In this document: piece after piece, positions 50,684 through 59,399 of the stretch
How the letters are laid out: each line of letters opens with the position of its first letter
Numbering within the stretch: the stretch's first letter is position 1
NCBI GenBank assembly: GCA_965199825.1
Contig: OZ241329.1
Location: 2,272,001 to 2,336,000, forward strand
Direction of reading: 5' to 3'
Length of the DNA stretch: 64,000 nucleotides
Source of the DNA: Bdellovibrionales bacterium
GTDB taxonomy: Bacteria; Bdellovibrionota; Bdellovibrionia; Bdellovibrionales; UBA1609
The notes under the pieces: generated by a model
The model's database searches: none
Told to the model about the DNA's origin: nothing
Seen by the model: the letters and a program-made list of their open reading frames with translations, nothing else
Made by a program: the position numbers and the translations under genes

Positions 50684-51199
50684 TTAAAATCTTTGCCTCA
50701 ACACAAAAGGTTGAAGACCCATCGCGGTTTTTTGGGTTTGGATTTGGAGGCTGACCGTCCACAGTGTGGGATGAGCAACAGTCAGCCAGATCAGCGCACA
50801 CTGTGATTTTTCGCTCGCCAACTGAAAGCGTCTTAAAGCCGAGGTCGAAATCGTTTCGGCATACACGACCACTACCGAAAAGGCCTGCGCCTTTAAAGCC
50901 TGCAGCACCGTCCATTCCAGAGCGTCTTTTGTTTCGGCAAATAAAACATTTTGCAGATTCAGATTGTGCTGCAAAAAACAAAATGGAAAAGCCGAAAAAC
51001 TCTTTTCAATCCACGCCACCTGAAAATCCGGATGTTCACTTAAAAACTGCAAAGCCAGTTTGGTTTTTCCAGAACCCGAAATCGCGGTGATTCCCCCTTT
51101 AGGAATTCCGGATTCGAGTTTGGAAAAAGACAAAAGCTCTTTTTTAATATGCGACTGCAGATAAACTTTTAATTCGGGAAGTGAGAGTGTTGCCATCAT
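50684..51199 (-). CDS. imuA: ImuA (RecA-like accessory protein)
   Basis: GIPKGGIT, SGKT, VAWIE and LRRFQLASE. Lies between lexA and imuB. Confidence 0.8.
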   Translation of the reverse strand: MMATLSLPELKVYLQSHIKKELLSFSKLESGIPKGGITAISGSGKTKLALQFLSEHPDFQVAWIEKSFSAFPFCFLQHNLNLQNVLFAETKDALEWTVLQALKAQAFSVVVVYAETISTSALRRFQLASEKSQCALIWLTVAHPTLWTVSLQIQTQKTAMGLQPFVLRQRF

Positions 51200-51200
51200 T

Positions 51201-51815
51201 TTAAACTTTTCGAATCAAGCTCGTCATAATGCCCAGAATTTTAAAATCCGAATTTCTTTTCACTCGAATAATGTCGTAATTGGGATTTGCCGGATGAAGT
51301 TCAATGCCTGTCTTTTTTTGATAAAACTTCTTTATAGTGGCTTCGTTATCCACCATGGCCACGATGGTTTGCCCATTGCTCGCAATACTTTGCCGCTTAA
51401 TGATCACCATATCGCCATCCATAATGTAGTCGCCAATCATCGAGTCGCCTTTGACCTTGAGGGCAAAGTACTCGCTACTTTCGTTTGTTAAGAGGGCTCT
51501 CGGCACCTTAACGAATTCGCGCTGAGAGATGGCCTCGGTCAATCGTCCTGCGGCCACCTCGCCCTCGAGGCGAAGGGTAGCGATCTCGGTTGTGGTGTCA
51601 TCAACGAGCTCAAGGGCTCGTTTTTTACTTTGGCCTAAGGGCGCTTTGAGATGCCCTTTGTTTACAAGCTGCTCCACGAACTGCTGAATGGAGGAGGCTG
51701 ATTTATAATTAAACTTTATTTGGATTTCAGCATAAGTCGGAGGACGAAGGTGTCGCTCTGAGTAGTTCCGAATAAAGCCCAGGATTTTTTGTTCTTTGGG
51801 GGTGAGTTGCTTCAT
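51201..51815 (-). CDS. lexA: LexA repressor
   Basis: LTPKEQKIL, PPTYAEI, Ala-Gly cleavage site (VAAG), catalytic Ser (GDSM) and Lys (TIKK). Start at ATG 51815. Confidence 0.95.
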   Translation of the reverse strand: MKQLTPKEQKILGFIRNYSERHLRPPTYAEIQIKFNYKSASSIQQFVEQLVNKGHLKAPLGQSKKRALELVDDTTTEIATLRLEGEVAAGRLTEAISQREFVKVPRALLTNESSEYFALKVKGDSMIGDYIMDGDMVIIKRQSIASNGQTIVAMVDNEATIKKFYQKKTGIELHPANPNYDIIRVKRNSDFKILGIMTSLIRKV

Positions 51816-51824
51816 AAAAAATAG

Positions 51825-51839
51825 ACGTACAATGTACAT
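51825..51839 (-). promoter_or_regulatory. Candidate LexA operator (SOS box) ATGTACATTGTACGT
   Basis: Palindromic GTAC-N3-GTAC ending 10 nt upstream of the lexA ATG. 12/15 match to the B. bacteriovorus LexA box as I recall it (ATTTACACTGTAAGT). Confidence 0.7.
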
Positions 51840-51879
51840 AACAGGAAATCACCCTAAAACTGGCCCCCTTGGCTGCATT

Positions 51880-51895
51880 TGGCTAAAGCTTTGCT
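51880..51895 (+). promoter_or_regulatory. sigma54-like promoter of the transposase-like gene
   Basis: TGGCTA-AAGCT-TTGCT has exact GG-N10-GC spacing. The predicted +1 is ~51906, a few nt before ATG 51909. Confidence 0.55.
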
Positions 51896-51908
51896 CTACT
51901 CATTTATA

Positions 51909-52832
51909 ATGGAGCCCAGCTCAAATTTAAAATGTAGTTGCTATAATAAGGACGATTTACCCCGGACGCGCTACAAGAAAGCCGGATTTTTTTATCGTCG
52001 GTGTGACAAAAAAAGGATTCAGCGTTTTCGCTGTCATCAGTGTCTAAGATATTTCTCACTCAGCACCCACCACCCTTGTTTTGGTCAGCGCAAACGCCAT
52101 TTAAATCCTTGGATTTTTCAGTTGCTATGTAGCGGCTATTCGATGCGCCGTTCGGCAATGTTTCTAAGATGTAACCGCAAAACGATCGTGAGAAAATTCC
52201 GATTTTTGGGTTTGGTTGTAAACCAATATTATATGAACAACCCAGTGCAACCAAAAATTAAAAGACTTCAATTTGATGACATGGAAACTTTTGAGCATAC
52301 AAAGTGTAAACCACTTTCGATTACATTGGCGGTATGTGCGACCGAGAGAAAAATTTTAGATTTTGAAGTCAGTCAAATGCCAGCAAAAGGTTTGCTTGCC
52401 AAAATCTCACGCGAAAAATATGGCTATCGCAAAGATGAACGACGCCAAGCTCGCAACAGTTTGTTTACCAAGCTAAAACCAGTTGTAGATAAAAGCTGTA
52501 CGCTTCACTCAGATCAAAATCCTCATTACTTGCCAGATGTAAAAAAACATTTTCCAGGGCATATCCATGAGACTGTAAAAGGCCGGAGAGGATGTATTGT
52601 TGGTCAAGGAGAATTGAAACGTGGTGGTTTCGATCCACTTTATTCTTTGAACCACACGTGCGCGATGATTCGTGAAAATTTACGGCGTCTTTCGCGGCGA
52701 ACGTGGTGCACCACTAAAAACAAAAATGATTTAAACAACCATTTGATGATCTACAAATTTTTTCATAATGAATATTTATTAAAATCAAAAAAGCAAAAAG
52801 TGAGTTGGCGCAATAATATCTTAGTTGAGTAG
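51909..52832 (+). mobile_element. IS1/IS1595-like transposase-fold protein (Zn ribbon, HTH, DD[N] core); element ends not found
   Basis: CSC...QRFRCHQC Zn ribbon, SMRRSA..L HTH, LQFDD, LHSD and LNHTCAMIRENLRRLSRRTWCTTK, which resembles the IS1 C-terminal motif. Confidence 0.7.
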
Positions 52833-52846
52833 CAGAAAAAACAAAT

Positions 52847-54454
52847 CTAGCCTAGCGCAGCTGCACTCAAAGGGGCCAGTTTAAGTTGGGCAAAGATGTT
52901 TTTTATTAGGGTGTCCTTGTGGACCGGCTTCGTCAAATGATCGTTAAATCCCGCAGCCAACGCCGCCTCACGATCCTGCTTCATCGCATTTGCGGTGAGT
53001 GCAATAATCGGTTTTTCAAAACCCGATTGTCTCAGTTCTTGTGCCGCCGCAAATCCGTCGCTCAATGGCATCTGCAGATCCATCAAAATCAAATCAATTT
53101 CATTTTGTCTGGCCATTTGAACGGCTTCGAGTCCATTTTCGGCAAACAGAATTTCTGGCCCAAAAGGTTTGAGCATAAATTCAACCAAGGCCAAATTGTC
53201 TGGTGAGTCGTCGGCAACCAAAATTCTTCGACCCAACAAAGAGGTCATTGGTAAAGGGGGGAGTTCAGGTTGCGAAAACGTATTGCCCTTAACATTGATT
53301 GTGACCAAAAACTTTGATCCCTTGCCGCGACGGCTTTCGATCAAGATCACATCACCCCCAAGTGCACGTGCAATTTTTTGTGACAGCACAAGTCCAAGCC
53401 CGGTTCCACTGAACTGACGGGTGTACGATTCATCAGACTGCATAAATGGGGTAAAGAGTCTGAGCTGTTGCTGATGCTCAATGCCCACTCCTGTATCTTC
53501 AATAGTGATACGCATCACTACCGAATCAAAAGCCACACGCACCTTGACCCAACCATTGTCGGTGAATTTGATGGCATTGCCGATCATGTTCATAATGATT
53601 TGGCGCAATCGGTTGCGATCATTAAATAAGATTGCGGGCGTGGCATCGTCCCACTCAAAAATAAATTTAATTCCACGGTCCATCGCCCGATGCGAAAACT
53701 CTTGATGAAGTGTTTCTAGAAATTCACGAAACAAAAATGGTTTTTTATCTATATCCAGTGAGCCGGCTTCAAGTTTTGAAAGATCTAAGACGTCGCTCAA
53801 AATTTCTTCAAGATGCTCGGCGTTCTTCCGTAACAAATGGAGCAGCACCTTTCGTTCCGATTTTTCAAGATTTTCATTATCAAAAAAATCGGTGAATCCT
53901 AAAATTGCGGCCAGCGGTGTACGAATCTCATGACTCATGTTTGCCAAAAAACGCAGTTTCATCTGTTTGGCATCTTCGACTTCTTTAAGTGAGGCTTGTT
54001 CTTTGGAGATGTCGCGCACAACTCCAACCACTCCGGTGACCAGACCTTTTTGACAAAAGGTTGGAATTTTTGAAACCTCATAAACACTTTGGATTTCGTT
54101 TCCAGGTAGTTCGATTCGCGACGTGTGCTGAAGACCGTCTTGAAGCACTTGTTCGTCATCACTAAAAAAGCGACACGAAAAGCTTTGCTTCATCAAAGCT
54201 TTCATCACTTTATTTTGATAAACAATATTGCCTTTGAGGTCTTTGCAGTACACGGCATCGAGAGTGGTCTTCATAAACGTGTGAGCAGCAAAATCGTTCC
54301 ATCTTAAATTTCTATATTTTAGATAGTGAATCACGCCCATCGCGCACATCAGTGCCAATGCAACAAGTGTAAAGGCGGGGGGCAGTCTTAGTAAAACTAA
54401 GAGGAGCCCGCCTAAAAAAATCCAAAATAAAAAACTAAGAACTTTTGAGCCCAA
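52847..54454 (-). CDS. Membrane-anchored hybrid sensor histidine kinase (TM-PAS-HisKA-HATPase-REC)
   Basis: FLANMSHEIRTPL, NAIKFT, DTGVG, GTGLGL and a receiver ILMDLQMP. Confidence 0.93.
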   Translation of the reverse strand: MGSKVLSFLFWIFLGGLLLVLLRLPPAFTLVALALMCAMGVIHYLKYRNLRWNDFAAHTFMKTTLDAVYCKDLKGNIVYQNKVMKALMKQSFSCRFFSDDEQVLQDGLQHTSRIELPGNEIQSVYEVSKIPTFCQKGLVTGVVGVVRDISKEQASLKEVEDAKQMKLRFLANMSHEIRTPLAAILGFTDFFDNENLEKSERKVLLHLLRKNAEHLEEILSDVLDLSKLEAGSLDIDKKPFLFREFLETLHQEFSHRAMDRGIKFIFEWDDATPAILFNDRNRLRQIIMNMIGNAIKFTDNGWVKVRVAFDSVVMRITIEDTGVGIEHQQQLRLFTPFMQSDESYTRQFSGTGLGLVLSQKIARALGGDVILIESRRGKGSKFLVTINVKGNTFSQPELPPLPMTSLLGRRILVADDSPDNLALVEFMLKPFGPEILFAENGLEAVQMARQNEIDLILMDLQMPLSDGFAAAQELRQSGFEKPIIALTANAMKQDREAALAAGFNDHLTKPVHKDTLIKNIFAQLKLAPLSAAALG

Positions 54455-54459
54455 GTGAA

Positions 54460-55059
54460 TTACTTCTTGGTGAAAAGTAAAACGGCGTGTCTCGCTTTGC
54501 TTGGATACTTGGGTGAGTCTTCGGTGGTGGGTAAGCCCGCGGCGAGGAGAGCATTTTTCAGCTGCGCATCTTTAGTGTTAAACCATTTTTGGAAAACATT
54601 GGGTTGCTCAGCTAAGTTGTAGGTGCTGATTTTGAATTTACCCTGGTGTTTGATCAGCTGAGATAAAGATTTATTTCGTTTGTCGGCAAGTTTACGTTGT
54701 TCGGAAGAAAGACTTTTTACCGCTTCGGATGGCATTTCATCATCGGCCCAAGATAAAATCATAACTTTACGAAAATCAGTTCCTTTTAATTTTGCGAGTG
54801 CGCTTTGTAGTTTGGTTTTTGAATCTAAAGATAAACCTGTTGATCCCAATTCAAACTCCACTTCGGCAAAATACTGCGCGCCAACATCTGTCGCGGCTTG
54901 CTGAGTCACACTCTTCGCAATTTGCTCATCAACAGCGGTGGTGGTCTTGCCGTTGACTCCAGATGGCGAATCCACTTTGGGTGTATCCAATTTTTTGCCA
55001 CTCGACTCACAGCCCACCAAAATTAAAAAACCTAAAAATCCAATCGTGCTTTTGAACAT
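54460..55059 (-). CDS. Lipoprotein with a degenerate OmpA-C-like domain
   Basis: Lipobox LVGC. VEFELGSTGLS, SWAD and KLADKR resemble OmpA-C motifs. GGCAGGAG SD before ATG 55059. Confidence 0.6.
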   Translation of the reverse strand: MFKSTIGFLGFLILVGCESSGKKLDTPKVDSPSGVNGKTTTAVDEQIAKSVTQQAATDVGAQYFAEVEFELGSTGLSLDSKTKLQSALAKLKGTDFRKVMILSWADDEMPSEAVKSLSSEQRKLADKRNKSLSQLIKHQGKFKISTYNLAEQPNVFQKWFNTKDAQLKNALLAAGLPTTEDSPKYPSKARHAVLLFTKK

Positions 55060-55109
55060 AACTCCTGCCTTCCTAAAGATGTTTATAAAGTTGAGACAAG
55101 GTTGAGAGT

Positions 55110-55124
55110 TCAATAACAATGCCA
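55110..55124 (-). promoter_or_regulatory. Possible sigma54 promoter of the OmpA-like lipoprotein and kinase genes
   Basis: TGGCAT-TGTTA-TTGA on the minus strand. The -24 element is good; the -12 element has GA instead of GC. Confidence 0.35.
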
Positions 55125-55130
55125 CGTCAT

Positions 55131-55484
55131 TTAGGTGATCGAAGAAAACTTAGATCGATTCTCGGCAATCCATTTTTCGAATTGGTTAAGAAGTTCGCGA
55201 CCCCTATGAGAAAGTTGATCCAAACTCAAACTTTCCATCTCACGACCGATCACCGCGAGGTCATCAAAACCAAAGGAGGAAGCATTGCCCTTGATTTGGT
55301 GTCCTATGGTTTGAAACTCCTCAATTGAGTTTTGATCGAGTGCGGTGTTGAGCTTTGCCGCATCAGCAACTCGGCGCTCAAAATATCTCATGTACAATTC
55401 CATGGGTAATTCCACGATAGACTCCTTTTGGATTGGCTTTTTTAACACTTTACTGTGGTCCGAGGACAAAGCCAACCGTTCCAC
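55131..55484 (-). CDS. Hpt (histidine phosphotransfer) domain protein
   Basis: GHQIKGNASSFGF Hpt motif, with a GAGGA SD before the GTG. Confidence 0.85.
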   Translation of the reverse strand: MERLALSSDHSKVLKKPIQKESIVELPMELYMRYFERRVADAAKLNTALDQNSIEEFQTIGHQIKGNASSFGFDDLAVIGREMESLSLDQLSHRGRELLNQFEKWIAENRSKFSSIT

Positions 55485-55773
55485 AATTCCTCAAGTGTCG
55501 TTCGTTTTTCCAACGCTCTTTACGGCCGTAAATGAATTCGGTGAAGTCCACTCAATGAGGAGAGTGGGCTCTTAATTGATTAAGATAAAGCACTGGTGCT
55601 TTATAGCTTGAACAGAGACACTGTGAGTCTCCTTAGCGCGCAACACCAATGATAAGATTTTGAGAAGAGTCAGAGGGCTTTGGTATTGAAACCAAAACGA
55701 AATTGCTGCGGACGCTCAATATGTGTTGCGTTCAATTTGTTAAAAAATTAAATCGCAACACTTTGGTTTTTAA

Positions 55774-57195
55774 TTATTGATTCACGCGCGGTGCATACAT
55801 CGCGCGTTCGGTGATACGCCGATAAAGAGTTTTCCGATCAATCTGTAAGTCTCTTGCGGTCTTATCTTTTGCTCCGCCATTGCGGTTGACTGCGAACTCG
55901 ATGTACTTTTGGGTCACTTCTTGGAGCGGCAAAAGACTGCCATCAAGAGTGATATGAAAATCACCTTCGCTAAAACCTTCTGGAGTCTTATTGGCCATGG
56001 GAATTCGGCTCTCCATCGAGTCGAGATCATTCAGATCAATCAATTCGCCATCAGCCAAAACTGCCGCGCGCTCAATGGTATTTTCAAGCTCACGCACATT
56101 TCCACGCCAGTAGTTTTGTAGCAAATGTTGAACCGCTTCTTTCGAAAACTTACGCGCTGGTGATTCATTGAGCACTGCATATTTGCTCAAAAAATATTCG
56201 GCCAGAGGCAAGATATCTTCCTTTCGCTCACGCAAAGGGGGCAGCTTAATCGGAATCACATTGAGGCGAAAAAATAAATCTTCACGAAATCGACCTTGAG
56301 CCACTTCTTCTCTTAAGTCTTTGTGTGTTGCCGAAATAATTCGGACGTCGATATCGCGAGTGCGATTTTCGCCTACGCGTTTGATTTTTCGATCTTGGAG
56401 CACTCGCAAAAGTTTCACTTGAAGGGAAAGACTCAAGTCACCGATCTCATCCAAGAATAACGTTCCACTCTCAGCCTCTTCAAAAAGACCAAGGCGCTTG
56501 TCAATGGCTCCGGTGAAGGCACCCTTAGCGTGACCAAAAAGCTCACTCTCTAATAAATTTTCTGGAATTGCTGAGCAGTTGATCGCAATAAATGGTCGAT
56601 CATGCCGGCGGCTTTCATTATGAATAAATTTGGCAACGATTTCTTTGCCCGCACCACTCTCGCCAGAAATAAAAATATTCGTTGAGCTTTTAGCAACACG
56701 CTTTGCAATGTCCAGTGCCGCCAAAAATGGTGGGCTTCGGCCAATGATGCCTTTAACAAATTGGCGATCATTTTCACGAACAAACACTTTTAAGTTATCG
56801 TAATTTTTGTTTAGTCTATTGAGATGAAGTGCCCGCTCGATACTTACAATAAGTTGGGCAAAATGTAGTGGCTTCACAACAAAATCGTAGGCGCCTGTTT
56901 GAACCGCTTCGACCGCGAGTTCGCAAGAGGCGGTTCCGGTCATCAAAATGATAGGAGTATTTGACCAAATTTTTTTAAGTTCGGTAATCAAACTCATCCC
57001 AGACATTCCTGGAAGATTGAAATCAGCCACGACCACATCGCAAATCAAACCTTTACCCACTTGTTCAAGTGCGGCTTCAGCATCACTAAAAAGGGTTAGC
57101 TGATAGCCCTTGGGCTTAAAAAATGCAGTCATCAAATCCTGAATATCAATATCATCTTCGATGACGAGAATGTGTGCTTTTGGCTCTGTGACCAC
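55774..57195 (-). CDS. sigma54-dependent response regulator (REC-AAA+-HTH, NtrC/AtoC family)
   Basis: Receiver domain, GESGAGKE, ESELFGHAKGAFTGA, FLDEIG, WRGNVRELEN and IDRKTLYRR. GTG start after GGAGG. Confidence 0.95.
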   Translation of the reverse strand: MVTEPKAHILVIEDDIDIQDLMTAFFKPKGYQLTLFSDAEAALEQVGKGLICDVVVADFNLPGMSGMSLITELKKIWSNTPIILMTGTASCELAVEAVQTGAYDFVVKPLHFAQLIVSIERALHLNRLNKNYDNLKVFVRENDRQFVKGIIGRSPPFLAALDIAKRVAKSSTNIFISGESGAGKEIVAKFIHNESRRHDRPFIAINCSAIPENLLESELFGHAKGAFTGAIDKRLGLFEEAESGTLFLDEIGDLSLSLQVKLLRVLQDRKIKRVGENRTRDIDVRIISATHKDLREEVAQGRFREDLFFRLNVIPIKLPPLRERKEDILPLAEYFLSKYAVLNESPARKFSKEAVQHLLQNYWRGNVRELENTIERAAVLADGELIDLNDLDSMESRIPMANKTPEGFSEGDFHITLDGSLLPLQEVTQKYIEFAVNRNGGAKDKTARDLQIDRKTLYRRITERAMYAPRVNQ

Positions 57196-57358
57196 ATAAC
57201 CTCCAGTAAGGAAGGGTCCGTTTGTTGTACTCTGTGAGGCGATTAATACCTCAAAAGGTCCTGTTTTGTCGAGAAACACCTCTGGTTATTTCAACAAAGC
57301 GACATTTGCCCCATTTGCGTCCAAATTTTGCATCTTTGCGTTGTAAGAACCACACACT

Positions 57359-59371
57359 CTAATAGTGCCACGGCGCAATTTCTGGAGTGACGATTCCCAT
57401 GTGACTCCAACCTTGATTGATGTTGGAGACCGCATCACCATTGAACGGAAAAAGCTCAAACTCATTTTTTTGTTGATCAAAATGAATCGCAAAAAGCTCA
57501 TTGCCCGACAAAGACCGGCGCTGATCTAACCAGGTTTGAACTCTGCTTTTTAATTTTTCTAATCGCATTCTTATCGACGGATCAAGATCGGTGCGTTTGA
57601 GATGCCGACGAATACCGAAAGATAAGAGCTGCTCTTGCGAAGTCCAACTCACAAATCCATGATAGCGATCGCCGCCAAAATCCTTCCAAAGAGCAGTTTC
57701 AAAAACGGGGTTGGTCACTGTGATTCCGCGATCAATGTTGAGCCCTACCGGAAATAGATCTTCAATTCGGTCAAACATTTTATTTAAGTAATCATCGCTG
57801 GGATAACCAAAGCTCAGCATCAAACTATCATCCGAATGCATCACTCCCACTTTTCTGCCATCGCTCAGTAAAGAGAGTGCAGGAAAAAAAATATCTTTTT
57901 GAGCGCAACGGCCCTCAAATGGGAGGTTTAAAAAGGTGCAATATTTTTTTTGAGCAATGAAGGCCTCTTGAGCCGCAACCTCGACTTCAAAAAATTTTGG
58001 AACTTTTTGATTCCAAATCTCAAAAGACTTTTGTGCAACCACGAGTAAAGAGCAATCAAATAGGGTTTGAAACGTTGGCGTTTTAAAAATTTTAATGAGT
58101 GCCGCTAAGGCGGCAGGCATAAAGGCCGCATTGACATCAAAGGGATAAACACCTCGACCCAATCCTGCATCACTGTCGCGCCAATTGCCCGCATCGTGTC
58201 CTATCTCAATTCGAATCAAATTCGAAAATTGGGGGTCTTTCACAAAGCGTTCGGCTGAAGTTAGAATATACGAAAAAATCTTTTTTAAAATTTCGCTTAA
58301 ACGATGACCCTGAATGTTTTTTGTTAAAAATCTCATGGCATGTTCGGGATGACGACTTAAAAATTGTTCGAGAACCACCACAAAAGCAAATTCATCATCT
58401 TTCATCACATAATTTTCGAGAAAAACCGCAGAGTGAATATAAGGACGTTTGCTTTTTGCCAACTGATAGGCTGCATAATCGGTCTCAAGCTTTTCGTGAC
58501 TGACCTGCCCGGTTTCAAAATTTGCGCCTTCTAAAAGTGCTGTCAAAAAATTTTCGATCACATCGGGCTGAAGAGCTTCAAACAGCACGTGAAGAATGTA
58601 GAGGCCATCGCGAGCAAACAGGCTATGGTAGCGGGGAGAGCCCGCCATAAATTTCTCTTTCGTCATCAGAAACATAAAACCTTGAACCGCTTTTGGATAG
58701 GTTATCGACCGAAAAAGATCCACATGAGGTCCGGCTAAAATATGATCAAGATAATCAGATTTAAAAATCTGGTTGATTGAGAGCGGTGTTAAGATCGGCT
58801 CACTCGTTAATGCCCGAAGGGTAAACTCAATCGAGCCATTCTCGCTTTTAAGAATATAAATATCGTTTTCAAAACAGAGATCTGTATCTCCGAGACATAA
58901 TATTTCAAGTTGATTTTGACCAAGTTGGGTCAAGGTTGTTTGGGTTAGGGTTAATTTTCTATTAAACAAAATATATTGGGCTGTGCGAATTTCTTGAGGG
59001 ACTTTGGTGTGTTTTTCTCGGAGTTCGCGGTCGCGAAGAAACACCGTACTTGTTGCAAGTGCATCTTCAATGCATAATGATTTTTGTAAGATCTTGAAGT
59101 CGACTTCGAGCCCTTTTAATTTTTGAGAAATTGTGCACGGGCGCAATTGAGAAATGACTTTGAGCTCGGCTTGTTCAAACCAAATACCGCAGCCACAATT
59201 GCCCGAGGGAAAATTGATCAGCACATAGGGCTTGCAAGTCGATCCGGTTGCGACAAAGAGGTGACCACTGTGGTCAAAATCTCTAAGTGTGCATTCAAAA
59301 AATCCAGGATAGCTCTCATCAAAATAAAGATCGGTCAAATTTGTATGATTCATTTTTATCGCTCTTGCCAT
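57359..59371 (-). CDS. Glycogen-debranching-like (alpha/alpha)6 glycoside hydrolase-fold protein
   Basis: KFMAGSPRYHSLFARD, VSHE, GNWRDS, YPFDVN, VMHSD and YHGFVSW resemble amylo-alpha-1,6-glucosidase-type motifs. Confidence 0.6.
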   Translation of the reverse strand: MARAIKMNHTNLTDLYFDESYPGFFECTLRDFDHSGHLFVATGSTCKPYVLINFPSGNCGCGIWFEQAELKVISQLRPCTISQKLKGLEVDFKILQKSLCIEDALATSTVFLRDRELREKHTKVPQEIRTAQYILFNRKLTLTQTTLTQLGQNQLEILCLGDTDLCFENDIYILKSENGSIEFTLRALTSEPILTPLSINQIFKSDYLDHILAGPHVDLFRSITYPKAVQGFMFLMTKEKFMAGSPRYHSLFARDGLYILHVLFEALQPDVIENFLTALLEGANFETGQVSHEKLETDYAAYQLAKSKRPYIHSAVFLENYVMKDDEFAFVVVLEQFLSRHPEHAMRFLTKNIQGHRLSEILKKIFSYILTSAERFVKDPQFSNLIRIEIGHDAGNWRDSDAGLGRGVYPFDVNAAFMPAALAALIKIFKTPTFQTLFDCSLLVVAQKSFEIWNQKVPKFFEVEVAAQEAFIAQKKYCTFLNLPFEGRCAQKDIFFPALSLLSDGRKVGVMHSDDSLMLSFGYPSDDYLNKMFDRIEDLFPVGLNIDRGITVTNPVFETALWKDFGGDRYHGFVSWTSQEQLLSFGIRRHLKRTDLDPSIRMRLEKLKSRVQTWLDQRRSLSGNELFAIHFDQQKNEFELFPFNGDAVSNINQGWSHMGIVTPEIAPWHY

Positions 59372-59399
59372 GGGGTAAAGACGCGGTCAATGTACGGCT

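Noticed and set aside
51838..51850. ATAACAGG match to the tRNA-Ala 3' region, suggesting an att site for an island spanning 51.8-63 kb
   Set aside because: Only 8 nt, it excludes the tRNA 3' terminus, and there is no integrase in the interval. Probably chance.
51845..52850. Terminal inverted repeats or target duplication around the transposase-like gene
   Set aside because: Comparing both flanks by eye showed no complementary ends or direct repeats.
59385..59396. GGTC-AAT-GTAC as a second SOS box
   Set aside because: One half-site has two mismatches and the flanking genes are unrelated to repair.
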